NCBI GenBank assembly: GCA_041640595.1
Contig: JBEPZY010000009.1
Span: 64,001-128,000 of the forward strand
DNA length: 64,000 nt
DNA from: Gemmatales bacterium
GTDB taxonomy: Bacteria > Planctomycetota > Planctomycetia > Gemmatales > HRBIN36
Reading direction: 5' to 3'
In this document: one piece after another, positions 40,983 through 50,352 of the stretch
How the letters are laid out: each line of letters opens with the position of its first letter
How positions within the stretch are numbered: the stretch's first letter is position 1
Notes under the pieces: generated by a model
The model's input: the letters and a program-made list of their open reading frames with translations, nothing else
What the model was told of the DNA's origin: nothing
Database searches by the model: none
Translations under genes and position numbers: made by a program

Positions 40983-43961
40983 ATGAATCTCGTCAACAAC
41001 CAAGGCTTCCACAATCCTCAACCCGCGACTGGTGCCGAGTTGTTCAGCGCCGACCGGCATCCTTTGCTTGAACGCGAAGCCGTGCGACAAATTGGTATCC
41101 ACGGGGCTCGGGGCACCGGTAAAACCTGTTATCTTGCCTCGTTGTACGGCCGCAGGATTAACTACGACCTGGGGTTCAGCCTCTCGTTGGACGACAACAA
41201 TCCCGAGGATTCGCTCGATCACCTCAGCCACGCCTGGCAGGCGTTGCAGAAAGGTAGCGTGCCTCCCGCCACGGCAGCGGTCAATCCGTTCCGTCTCTCT
41301 TTCACCGTAACGCATTGTGGCCAGAGCTGGTCTGTCCGGACTCTCGATTACGCCGGCGTTCTCGTCGAGCGTACCCCCACCGGCGCCCAGGACCTCAAGA
41401 TGGAAGTGCAACAATGGCTCTGCCAGTGCGACGGACTGCTCATTTTCGTGGACCTCAGCGAACAGCCTCAGAATTTGCTCGACCGCCTCAACGAAGTGGA
41501 CCTTCTGCTCAACCGCCTCCGCAAACTCAGCCCGGATGGCCAAACCGTACCCATCCCCGTAGCCGTCGTCTTCACCAAATGGGATTGCGTGGCTAAAGAC
41601 CTGCAAGGGGCTGATTTCGCCAGTCAACAGCAGAAACTCCGTCACTATCTCGCTAACCATGCCGAGTTCAAGCAGTTTTATGACCAGATCCAGCTCAGCG
41701 GCGAGCGAGTCGAGGTTTTTCCGGTTTCGGTTTTCGGCAAATATCAGGGCAATAATCTCCCGCCGCCGCAGGGAGCTCAACCTTTCGGTATTCACGAGCC
41801 CATCCTCTGGGTGCTTCAGGAATGCGATCAGGCAATTTTCGATGCCACCGAGGCGCGAGTGACCCCGCTCCTGAACAAACGCTGGGCCAACTACGCGAAA
41901 GCCATTGCTACTTATAACTCAATCGCCAGAAAACGCCTGATTGTTCGTGGGCCGGTCGCAGATAGTTTCGCCCAGGCCATTCGCCAGCTGCGTATGCGTG
42001 CCGCCTTTCGCTTCACACGCCTGGCCGCTTCTATCCTATTCACCTCGGTGCTGCTGACCCTGTCCGGAATGTTAGGCTGGGATACCTATCGCTACCACGC
42101 CGCCCTTAGGGCACTAAACGACGTTCGGTATTTGCCGGAAATGAAAGAACAAGCCGCCCTGGATTACATCAAAACAGCTAACCCCTTTGCACAGTGGCTC
42201 GGTCGTCGTCAGCGCGTCGAGGAACATCTCGCTAAGTTGCGCAATGACTGGCACGACGCTGACTATAATGAATTACTATCGTTCTGGACAGCACACGAAG
42301 CGGACGAAACTAAGCAGCAGGAAATCGTAACCCGCACACGCCAGTTTCTAAATCGGTGGCCCGATAGTCCTTGCCGTTCTGAAGTTGAAACCTGGCAGCG
42401 AAACGCCGATGCCATTGTCCGTAAGCAACACGAGCAAAAAGCCTGGGAGGGTCTGGTGCAATTCTTCACCCAGCATGATAAAGACTCCGAGGCGGAACAA
42501 CGCATTAACAGGATCGAAACGTTTTTGCGTGAGTATCCCGAGTCTGACTATAAGGAAGATGCACTAAGCTTAAAAAGAACCGCCGAAGATGCTCACAAGC
42601 GCTGGCAACAGTTCCAGACCCTGCTAAGTGACTGGCCACAAATAAAGCAGGAATGTGAGACCTTGACCATCGGCGGTAATTCTGATGCGGCCGTTAAAAG
42701 GTGCGTGGAATTCCGAGCCAAATGCCAGCAGTTTCAACGGTCAGTATGGTCATCTCCAACTTATAAAGAGTATAGCGACGAGCTGGCCCGGCTCCTAGAC
42801 GAGATTGACAAGACCGGCGACCAATGTCAGTGGCGGGGAGTCGAACTTTATACCGCTCGCAACCCTTCAAACTATGACGAAATCATCAAGAGGGCGAAAG
42901 CATATAAGGACAGCACAACATTCGCCACTAAGTATTTCGAGAAGGCAGCGGATAAGCTTATGATGCAGACCCTGCGAAGTGAATGGTCCCAGATACAAGT
43001 CGAATGTGAGAACCTGACCAACGGCGGTAACTCTGATGCGGCCGTTGAAAAGTGCAAGGAATTCCGAACCAAATGCCGGCAGTTTCAACAGTCCGTCTGG
43101 TCATCTCCAACTGATAAAGAGTATCGCGACGAGCTGGCCCAGCTCCTTGACGAGATTGACAAGACCGGCGACCAATATCAGTGGCGGGGAGTCAAACTTT
43201 ATGCCGATCGCAACCGTTCACACTATGAGCAAATCATCGAGAAGGCGGAAGCATATAAGGACAGCAAAATCTTCACCACTAAAAGCTATGATAAGGAAGC
43301 GGATAGTCTCATCGAAAAGACGGCTGAGAGCTGGGACTCCGCACTGTATAACGGTTTTCGGAACGCTGCCATCTACGCCGCTGGTCTGGCAGTCGAGACC
43401 AACGATATGGAGCGAAAGACCCGCGCATTTGAAGATGCGGCCAAGTTAGCCCGTGCATATCTTGAGAGCAAATGCCCAAAGAAAAAACATAAGTCAACCG
43501 TGGAAAAATGGTTGCAATGGTTCGATGGAATCAACAAACCTGCCGTAGCGTTAACGGTGATTATCGTCGATGCTCAATTAGCTGACAATGCGGAGACCAT
43601 CTATGATCCGTTCGATCCGCCTGATGTGGAAATTACCCTGGAACTCAGCACACAGGCAGGCCAAAACCAGCAATGGAAAACCCCCGTCGTGAATAATAGC
43701 TTTGCTCCGAGGTATAACGTCGAATGCAGGAATGTTATGGTAAGCTGGAACGACCGCAACGCAAAGCTAAAACTGACTCTAACCGACAAGGACATAGCCT
43801 CTGATGACGAGTTGCCTATAACTTTCCAGGGGCCAGATGTGATTTTCCTGCTGGAAGGCTGGGTTTGGGTACAGGATGGGCCAGGACGCCATCACATTCG
43901 CTTTTCCTGTGAGCAATTGCGGCCACCAACCTTGCCTGAGTATGGTAACAATCCTCTATAA
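40983..43961 (+). CDS. membrane-anchored TRAFAC-type GTPase with duplicated helical repeat and C-terminal C2-like domain
   Basis: G1 GARGTGKT, G3 DYAG, G4 TKWD, G5-like VSV; TM LAASILFTSVLLTLSGMLGW; 117-aa tandem duplication; C2-like KTPVVNNSFAPRYN...LTLTDKDIASDD; AAAGGAG RBS. Confidence 0.85.
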   Translation: MNLVNNQGFHNPQPATGAELFSADRHPLLEREAVRQIGIHGARGTGKTCYLASLYGRRINYDLGFSLSLDDNNPEDSLDHLSHAWQALQKGSVPPATAAVNPFRLSFTVTHCGQSWSVRTLDYAGVLVERTPTGAQDLKMEVQQWLCQCDGLLIFVDLSEQPQNLLDRLNEVDLLLNRLRKLSPDGQTVPIPVAVVFTKWDCVAKDLQGADFASQQQKLRHYLANHAEFKQFYDQIQLSGERVEVFPVSVFGKYQGNNLPPPQGAQPFGIHEPILWVLQECDQAIFDATEARVTPLLNKRWANYAKAIATYNSIARKRLIVRGPVADSFAQAIRQLRMRAAFRFTRLAASILFTSVLLTLSGMLGWDTYRYHAALRALNDVRYLPEMKEQAALDYIKTANPFAQWLGRRQRVEEHLAKLRNDWHDADYNELLSFWTAHEADETKQQEIVTRTRQFLNRWPDSPCRSEVETWQRNADAIVRKQHEQKAWEGLVQFFTQHDKDSEAEQRINRIETFLREYPESDYKEDALSLKRTAEDAHKRWQQFQTLLSDWPQIKQECETLTIGGNSDAAVKRCVEFRAKCQQFQRSVWSSPTYKEYSDELARLLDEIDKTGDQCQWRGVELYTARNPSNYDEIIKRAKAYKDSTTFATKYFEKAADKLMMQTLRSEWSQIQVECENLTNGGNSDAAVEKCKEFRTKCRQFQQSVWSSPTDKEYRDELAQLLDEIDKTGDQYQWRGVKLYADRNRSHYEQIIEKAEAYKDSKIFTTKSYDKEADSLIEKTAESWDSALYNGFRNAAIYAAGLAVETNDMERKTRAFEDAAKLARAYLESKCPKKKHKSTVEKWLQWFDGINKPAVALTVIIVDAQLADNAETIYDPFDPPDVEITLELSTQAGQNQQWKTPVVNNSFAPRYNVECRNVMVSWNDRNAKLKLTLTDKDIASDDELPITFQGPDVIFLLEGWVWVQDGPGRHHIRFSCEQLRPPTLPEYGNNPL

Positions 43962-44035
43962 GGCCGACAGCAACCGACTCGCGGCCATGCAGCTTAGTTA
44001 GAAATGACCACCATGGGAAAGACAAGTGGACCCCT

Positions 44036-45544
44036 ATGTACCCCAACCTAACTGCTATGAGCAACGAAACGCCGACTGTCAGTACAAGTGGCAGCGCACC
44101 GCCCCCGCAGGAGATCAGCGCTGAGATTGAGGTTCCCTACGCGGTTCATCGCTGGTTCGCCAGCGGTGAAGGCTGGGCATACCATCCGGACATAGACCTC
44201 AAGCAGGTGCGAAGGTGGGCGACCAGGATACTTGCAAATCGTAGCGACGTCTGGCAGCCCACGCCCGAGGGCGAACAGGTTAGTGAGGCCCTGGAGAAAG
44301 AACAGTTACCTTGCGATACCGGGCATAACCTATGCCTCGTATATAGGCATTACGCGGATAAGGAGTGTCCGGATCCGAGAGCAAAGCAGCGTTTCCCAAC
44401 CGTACTTATCGTGGCATTAGCTCACGACCTCAATGATGCAGAAATCAAAGAAGTGCAAAAGCAACTTAGTGCACTCCACGACAAGGACTTACCGCAACAA
44501 CCAGGGCGCCAGGATACCCTCAAACTCATAGTAAAGCGAATCCCCGCGCCTACCGCGAACGACCAACCGGTAACTCCTGATAATATCCCGGCCAGTAATC
44601 AACCTGATGCTCATCCTGACGTTCATCGGCCGGCCCATCGTTCGTTCAAGCCGGTTATGCTGTGTGGGGCGGTGTCCGTGTTGTTAGCGGTTGGTGTCGC
44701 AATCTACTTGGAACTTTTTCTGCCGGAAACACCGGTCAAATCGCAAAGAGTAGATATCAGTCCGACTGTACCGAGTGAAAGCGGGAATGGTACTGCTTTG
44801 GTTGCTCCTACACTGCCTTCTAATGCTGCGCTGTTTGCAAATAACACGAACACTAAGTCCACTGATAATCAATCTCCTGGTAGCGCAGCACGTGTGAAGT
44901 CCCAACCAGAAGGCGCGGCGCGCTGGAGAAAAGAGGCTGCCGAAGCTATGCTCCGTCATCTGAAACGCTGGCATAAAAGTGGGCCGCTTATCAAGGAGTT
45001 AGACCATGTGCCTTCTCTCAGGCAGGAAGCGCGTCGGCTTCTGGAAGCGAACTTGGAAACCGTGCCTACAGGCGGCACAATTCCCATGGAGCTGGAAAAT
45101 CAGATCATGAGCCGATTCTTTCTCGTGCTCAGCCAGGAACCGGTAAGGGATTTATTGAACGAAGATGTTAAGAACAATACCTGGCAGGGAAAGTTTATGT
45201 GGCAGTTTCGTGAGGAACATCCGTATGCTAAGGGGACTTGTCCCAGATGGTATCCAGAATCGGAACAGGAACTGCGACAGTGGCTCCAAGATCTGGAGCA
45301 GTGCTTTACAAGTCATTCCCCAGGTGCACCGAAAGATCATATCGCAGGTGAACCAAATATTAGGTCTCACGAGGCATCGGACGCAATATCAGACCTGGTT
45401 GATCGGGTAGCCGGACGCATTGATTACTTTGCCTGGAAGCAGGCAGTTGAGTCTCTTGGCGGGAAGCTCAAGGATTGCACAGATACGAGATTGAAAAAAT
45501 GGGTCGAAAATTTCAGAGCCAGCACGAATGGACCGTCCAGGTGA
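44036..45544 (+). CDS. hypothetical single-pass membrane protein (possible GTPase-associated N-domain)
   Basis: 502-aa ORF; globular N-domain, Pro-rich linker, TM VMLCGAVSVLLAVGVAIYL, helical C-domain. Confidence 0.75.
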   Translation: MYPNLTAMSNETPTVSTSGSAPPPQEISAEIEVPYAVHRWFASGEGWAYHPDIDLKQVRRWATRILANRSDVWQPTPEGEQVSEALEKEQLPCDTGHNLCLVYRHYADKECPDPRAKQRFPTVLIVALAHDLNDAEIKEVQKQLSALHDKDLPQQPGRQDTLKLIVKRIPAPTANDQPVTPDNIPASNQPDAHPDVHRPAHRSFKPVMLCGAVSVLLAVGVAIYLELFLPETPVKSQRVDISPTVPSESGNGTALVAPTLPSNAALFANNTNTKSTDNQSPGSAARVKSQPEGAARWRKEAAEAMLRHLKRWHKSGPLIKELDHVPSLRQEARRLLEANLETVPTGGTIPMELENQIMSRFFLVLSQEPVRDLLNEDVKNNTWQGKFMWQFREEHPYAKGTCPRWYPESEQELRQWLQDLEQCFTSHSPGAPKDHIAGEPNIRSHEASDAISDLVDRVAGRIDYFAWKQAVESLGGKLKDCTDTRLKKWVENFRASTNGPSR

Positions 45545-45565
45545 GCAATAAAGGAGACGGCACGA

Positions 45566-46630
45566 ATGTTAGGAGCCAGCTTGCGAAGAACGGTCAGGGC
45601 AGTCTTACGAGGGTTGGTTGCCGTATTAATCGCGGTATTAATAACCGCGGCCATAGTTGTAGGCGTACATGGTGCGTTGCGTGCCGCTCAGGATAGGCGT
45701 GAATTACAGCCAGCCCTCGAATATATGGCCTCGGTGGTAGAAGCAGCGATCGGCTATACACCTAAAGACCGCGAAGGGATCACCGAGGCTTTTTTCACTC
45801 TTTACAGCAGAACGCACTGGCAGACTGGGGAAATAGGCAACAAAAACCATCCCGATGCACAGTTCCTTATGCGTCTGCCGGATAACGTCCAGCAAGTACC
45901 TCGGTCTTTTCTGGCAAGGTGGCGAACGAGGCCATTGTACGACTATATAGAGCAACACACGCTGGGATTATTGAACGCGGTGAGCGCACCAACCGACGTG
46001 TCTAATTTTCCGTTGGCTGATCGGATAAGGCTATGCAGCGAGCGATGTCGCTATCAGTTGTGGTGGGAGAAGGATGGCGCAAATAAACTTGACGTGTTGG
46101 GACTGGATTCACCCGCCCTGGATGCGAAACGGTTGCAGGCGTTTTATCAATTGTTTTGCAAGGATAGCAAACCTCCTGCGTGGCAGGTGGAAACAGCCAA
46201 GCTGATACTCGGCGACTTACGCCGCTGGCGAGTGGGGGGACTTAGCGATGCCGATTGCGAACATCGTCCATACTTAGTGTTCGCGTGTTACTTTCATCTG
46301 CTCTCCCACAAACATTTCAGGAATGACGAATTGAAGCTCGATTGCTATGCTTCGCATTTCGTATTGCGCCTCCCGGATAAACCCATTTCTCTCCATGGCA
46401 AATTTGACTCTGAGAAAGAACTGGCCCAGGCATTCGAAAAGCTGCTCACTTCTATCTCGCAGCAGAAACCGGCACAGGATGTTAGAAACGTTTTGGAGCA
46501 AATTCGCAAGGAACTGGATTACGATGTTTGGCTCGCCAGGTTCAGGGTCCTGATAAAGACCTCCGATGAGGACAAGACGACCGTCCATCTGAAGAATTTC
46601 GTGGCTCGATTTTCGAGCGGGAAAAATTAG
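45566..46630 (+). CDS. hypothetical membrane-anchored protein with two related helical domains
   Basis: AAAGGAG RBS; N-terminal TM; internal repeat similar to the C-domain of the upstream protein. Confidence 0.8.
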   Translation: MLGASLRRTVRAVLRGLVAVLIAVLITAAIVVGVHGALRAAQDRRELQPALEYMASVVEAAIGYTPKDREGITEAFFTLYSRTHWQTGEIGNKNHPDAQFLMRLPDNVQQVPRSFLARWRTRPLYDYIEQHTLGLLNAVSAPTDVSNFPLADRIRLCSERCRYQLWWEKDGANKLDVLGLDSPALDAKRLQAFYQLFCKDSKPPAWQVETAKLILGDLRRWRVGGLSDADCEHRPYLVFACYFHLLSHKHFRNDELKLDCYASHFVLRLPDKPISLHGKFDSEKELAQAFEKLLTSISQQKPAQDVRNVLEQIRKELDYDVWLARFRVLIKTSDEDKTTVHLKNFVARFSSGKN

Positions 46631-46928
46631 TTCGGCACCTGAACCGTGTCCTGTCACGTTTGGCGTCCTGCGTGCGTTAAGGTGTTGGAAAACGAGGAGA
46701 CACGCAGATAGCTGTAAGGTGCATGCGAAAACACCAGCACTTGCTTCCACTTGTGCATCACCACGGGGCTAAGCAAACGGGCGAAGAAGAACAGGAGCAG
46801 CTAGTTGCGTGTTCGCGGCGGGGTTGGTCCCGGTAGGGGTTGGCGTTGCGTTGTGGCGGTTGAGGATCGTAGCGGAGCGGCGTTGGGCCGCTCGTTATCG
46901 TTTAAAAGTGCAGTCACGGATGAGGCGA

Positions 46929-47036
46929 GTTGATGGAATATTGCCTCCGAATGAGGTGCGGCGGACCGCTTACAGGACTCAGCCAGCATTTCAGTGACGT
47001 GTTGGTGGAATGCTGCCTCCGAATGAGGTGCGGTGG
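46929..47036. repeat. 36-bp direct repeat pair with 36-nt spacer
   Basis: GTTGATGGAATATTGCCTCCGAATGAGGTGCGGCGG vs copy at 47001 (32/36). Confidence 0.9.
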
Positions 47037-47054
47037 TGCGTACAATAGTGAGCT

Positions 47055-47729
47055 ATGCGAGCGGTGATCTTTTTTGACATAGACGGGACATTGCTGCGCA
47101 GTGGTGGGGCAGGTAAACTGGCGATGGAAACCGCTATATGCCAGACGTTCGGCGTACCGCCTGCCGGTGTTCGCATTCCCTATAGCGGGCGAACCGATCG
47201 TGCTATCATACGCGACTTGATGCAGGCTCACGGCGTACCTCTCACCGAGGAGAATTTCCAGCGTTTCGTGCAAACGTACTTGCAGCTGTTGCCGGACTGC
47301 CTCAGGCGAATGCAGGGACGAGTGCTGCCGGGTGTGCTCGAACTGCTCGATCGGCTGCAAGGTCAGGAAAATTGTGCGGTCGGTTTGCTCACGGGCAATC
47401 TGCGCTGTGGTGCACGAACCAAGCTGGGGCATTTTGGTCTAGCGGAGCGCTTCCCTTTTGGTGGATTTGGCGACCACCATTACGAACGGGATCGGGTGGC
47501 TCGAGACGCTCTGGCAGCTGCTCACGCTTACTTGAACGGTCAATACGACCCGAACCGCATCTGGGTGATTGGCGATACGCCGCTCGATATCCAATGCGCA
47601 CGCAGCATCGGTGCGCGGGTTCTGGCTGTGGCGACCGGCACGCATTCGCTGGAAGAACTTGCCGCTCACCGCCCCGATTTACTCCTTCCTGATCTGAGCC
47701 AATATCAACTGTTTCTAGAGCACATTTGA
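47055..47729 (+). CDS. HAD-superfamily hydrolase
   Basis: FFDIDGTL, LLTGN, IGDTPLD. Confidence 0.92.
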   Translation: MRAVIFFDIDGTLLRSGGAGKLAMETAICQTFGVPPAGVRIPYSGRTDRAIIRDLMQAHGVPLTEENFQRFVQTYLQLLPDCLRRMQGRVLPGVLELLDRLQGQENCAVGLLTGNLRCGARTKLGHFGLAERFPFGGFGDHHYERDRVARDALAAAHAYLNGQYDPNRIWVIGDTPLDIQCARSIGARVLAVATGTHSLEELAAHRPDLLLPDLSQYQLFLEHI

Positions 47730-47785
47730 CCAGTTGACAAATATACACTATTCGCCTAGCATAGTTACGAGAGCGGGAGGAAGTT

Positions 47786-48853
47786 ATGAACGCGCAACCA
47801 GCGGATAGCCGCCCAAAGCAAAGCCGCGAAACCAGGCGATGGCAACGCAGTTGCGGTCGCACCTCAGGTCGGCGACACAAAGACGTTTGTCTGTCTCGTC
47901 CCCGCCGGCTGGAATGCTGGAAAATACCTGGCGTGGAAGCGTTGCCCCAGGCAGGGCGGATACGTCGCAACGTGGTGCTCTCGTTGGCCAGTGGTCTGGA
48001 CGTGGCGGAACTCGATTTGCTGAGTAGCAGTCCCCTGACTTCGGTATCCGCTCCCTGGCGAGGGCCATCAACAGAGCAAATGCCACTACGCTGGTTGGCT
48101 GAAACTTTACCGTACTGGCAAAACCGGGCAGGTCATTTGGCATCTCGCTTCCAGGCAGTGTTCTTGTCGCCGCGATTCGACCCGTTACCGCCCTGTATTG
48201 CGGTGCAGGAAGCCGTCGCTGCCTGGATAAACCTGTGTGCTCGGCTCGGTCTGGCTTGCTGGTTGCAGACCCGCGGCGTGATTTTGCCGGTTGTATGGCG
48301 GGCTTTGCGGGAACATGCGGGCTTTGTGCGGGTAACGATTGCCCTGAGCACGTTGGACGCGACTTTGAGCCGAGTCTTAGAACCAGGAACAGCACCGCCG
48401 CTACTGCGGTTGCGGCAACTGAAAAGATTGCGCGAACTGGGCGTGCCGGTGCAGGTGACTCTCGCGCCACTGGTGCCAGGCGTGACCGATAGGGCGGAGA
48501 ATTTGCAGCCGGTACTAGCGAGCCTGGCCGAGCTCGGTATTAGCCGCGCCACGACCGGCTTTTTGCTTTTGGATCCGCTGGCGGAGCTAGGTTCTCATGC
48601 TGGTGTCTGCCCGGCCGACTGGCTGAAGCCGCTGGAGGAGTTATACCTGGCAGGCAGTCTGCGTCGCTGGGGCGCCAGCCAGCTCGCCCGATGTTTACCC
48701 TACCGCGACCGGCAACGCCGATATGCAGTGATCATGGCACTGGCAGCACAGTTCGGCATGGAAGTCCGGCCCAACACGCTCTCCGATCCCGATTTCCGCA
48801 GTGGCTCGGCCGGTGGTGAGCAACTGGCGCTGGCCTGGTCAGCAAGCGAATAA
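47786..48853 (+). CDS. degenerate radical-SAM-like protein (SplB/Rv2578c-like C-half)
   Basis: STLDATLSRVLEPGTAPP..RL...GVPVQVTLAPLVPGVTD; no CxxxCxxC. Confidence 0.6.
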   Translation: MNAQPADSRPKQSRETRRWQRSCGRTSGRRHKDVCLSRPRRLECWKIPGVEALPQAGRIRRNVVLSLASGLDVAELDLLSSSPLTSVSAPWRGPSTEQMPLRWLAETLPYWQNRAGHLASRFQAVFLSPRFDPLPPCIAVQEAVAAWINLCARLGLACWLQTRGVILPVVWRALREHAGFVRVTIALSTLDATLSRVLEPGTAPPLLRLRQLKRLRELGVPVQVTLAPLVPGVTDRAENLQPVLASLAELGISRATTGFLLLDPLAELGSHAGVCPADWLKPLEELYLAGSLRRWGASQLARCLPYRDRQRRYAVIMALAAQFGMEVRPNTLSDPDFRSGSAGGEQLALAWSASE

Positions 48854-48861
48854 GGTGCACC

Positions 48862-49581
48862 CTAACCGCGCGACCGCACCAGCATCAGATGGCGTGAGAA
48901 GCGTTCCTTCAGGTGGCGGTGGACTTTTTTGAGCAATTCCAGGTCGGATTCGGTGATCTCGCGCTGCTGGATAACCAGACCATGATGGCTGGCCAGCTCG
49001 TGAGCAGCGTCGAGCAGGCTTTCGATAGCTTTCAGCTTGCGATCCACAGCCTCGCCGCTGGTCTGGTCGCCCAGGTCCCAGAATTTACACGCCTCGGCAA
49101 AAGTCAAATCAAAAGTCTGGCCCGTAACGTACTTATCCACGGCGGAAGAATCGAGCAGGTGCAGGAGTAACTTCTGTTGCTCGCGGGAAAGGCGCTGACT
49201 GGCGGGTGGTTCCTCTTCGGGTTCCTGCCCTTCGAGAATGCGTTTAGCGATGCGCTGACCCTCTCGGGAGACGCTGTAGAGTTTCTGTCCGACCTTGGCC
49301 AGCCAGCCCCGTTTGGCCAGGCCACGTTCACCCATAATCGCGGACAATACCCGATTGGCATCCGGGTACTGGTCGGCGTAACCGCGCAGGCCAAACGCGT
49401 TGGGAAATTCTTTCCAGGCGGCCACAATCAGGTCTTCGGCACTGAACGGGGAGTGGCCCTGCTGTTCGAGCTTGTAAGCAGCCAGAAGAATCATTTCAGG
49501 CAGTGTCAGGTCGGTGCGATTGGGGACGGTGCGAATCAAGGCTGTACCCTTCCGATAGGGCTGCCTTCCCGGCAGCCGCAA
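48862..49581 (-). CDS. hypothetical protein, possible winged-helix N-terminus (start uncertain)
   Basis: Well-formed ORF following the MerR gene; DLIVAAW..FP..FGLRGY..YPD motif. Confidence 0.65.
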   Translation of the reverse strand: MRLPGRQPYRKGTALIRTVPNRTDLTLPEMILLAAYKLEQQGHSPFSAEDLIVAAWKEFPNAFGLRGYADQYPDANRVLSAIMGERGLAKRGWLAKVGQKLYSVSREGQRIAKRILEGQEPEEEPPASQRLSREQQKLLLHLLDSSAVDKYVTGQTFDLTFAEACKFWDLGDQTSGEAVDRKLKAIESLLDAAHELASHHGLVIQQREITESDLELLKKVHRHLKERFSRHLMLVRSRG

Positions 49582-50142
49582 TTAGCCCACCCAGAGTCCT
49601 TTTCTGGGTGCACGAACCTTCTGCGCTGGGTAAGCTCGACGTTGACCGGCACGGTAGGCCGGGAGAATTTCCAAGGTCTCTTCCGGAGCCAGACGGGCGA
49701 CCTCCCGCTGCACTTCGCAGGCCAAACGACCAATAGGCACCAGAAACAACATCTGTCCGCCCGCCAGGGTGTCAATGACCTTGCGATTCTGGCAGGCCTC
49801 CGTGGGATCACTCGTCAACAGAAACACCGAGTTGCCGTCCGTCAGCAAATTCAGGTTGGCCAACGGTTGCTCCAGCTGCGGATAAGTTTCCCGGAGAAAG
49901 CGAATGCATCGGCGAATCTTTTGCAGACTAATCCCTTCTCGGCGAAGCGTCACAGCCGTTTTGATTGCCAGGACATCGAGGAAGGAATAAATGCGACGGC
50001 TGCCACGTCCGTGAGCGCGAGCAATCGAGGGACGTACCAACTCCGTCCGATCCCAGTGGATGAGCTGTTTGACTGTTGCCCCGGTCAAACGGGCCACCGT
50101 GTCCACCATAAACCCGCCCATGGTTCCCTCAATGGCTTTCAA
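49582..50142 (-). CDS. MerR-family transcriptional regulator
   Basis: VARLTGATVKQLIHWD..LVRPS...RRIYSFLD...GISLQKIR. Confidence 0.88.
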   Translation of the reverse strand: MKAIEGTMGGFMVDTVARLTGATVKQLIHWDRTELVRPSIARAHGRGSRRIYSFLDVLAIKTAVTLRREGISLQKIRRCIRFLRETYPQLEQPLANLNLLTDGNSVFLLTSDPTEACQNRKVIDTLAGGQMLFLVPIGRLACEVQREVARLAPEETLEILPAYRAGQRRAYPAQKVRAPRKGLWVG

Positions 50143-50352
50143 ATGACATCGGTGTCATTCTAAAGCCCCTCGGGCAATCGTCAAGCTCAATGTACAGAAT
50201 TCTCGATCGCTTGCCAGCCCCGTCGCCTGACTTTGCGGAAGGTGGAAGGTCGGGCGTTCCCGTGGTTTGCCTGGGCGGAAGCGAAACAGTAAGATGCACA
50301 AAAACGACCGCTGGAACAAAAAGCAAAAACGGCTGCAAGGATCGGAATAATC

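Noticed and set aside
40767..41795. 342-aa minus-strand ORF
   Set aside because: Antisense to the GTPase domain; no recognisable motifs.
40245..47054. Intact integrative element at tmRNA
   Set aside because: No integrase and no convincing duplication of the tmRNA 3' end (only GCTTCCACT near 46743).
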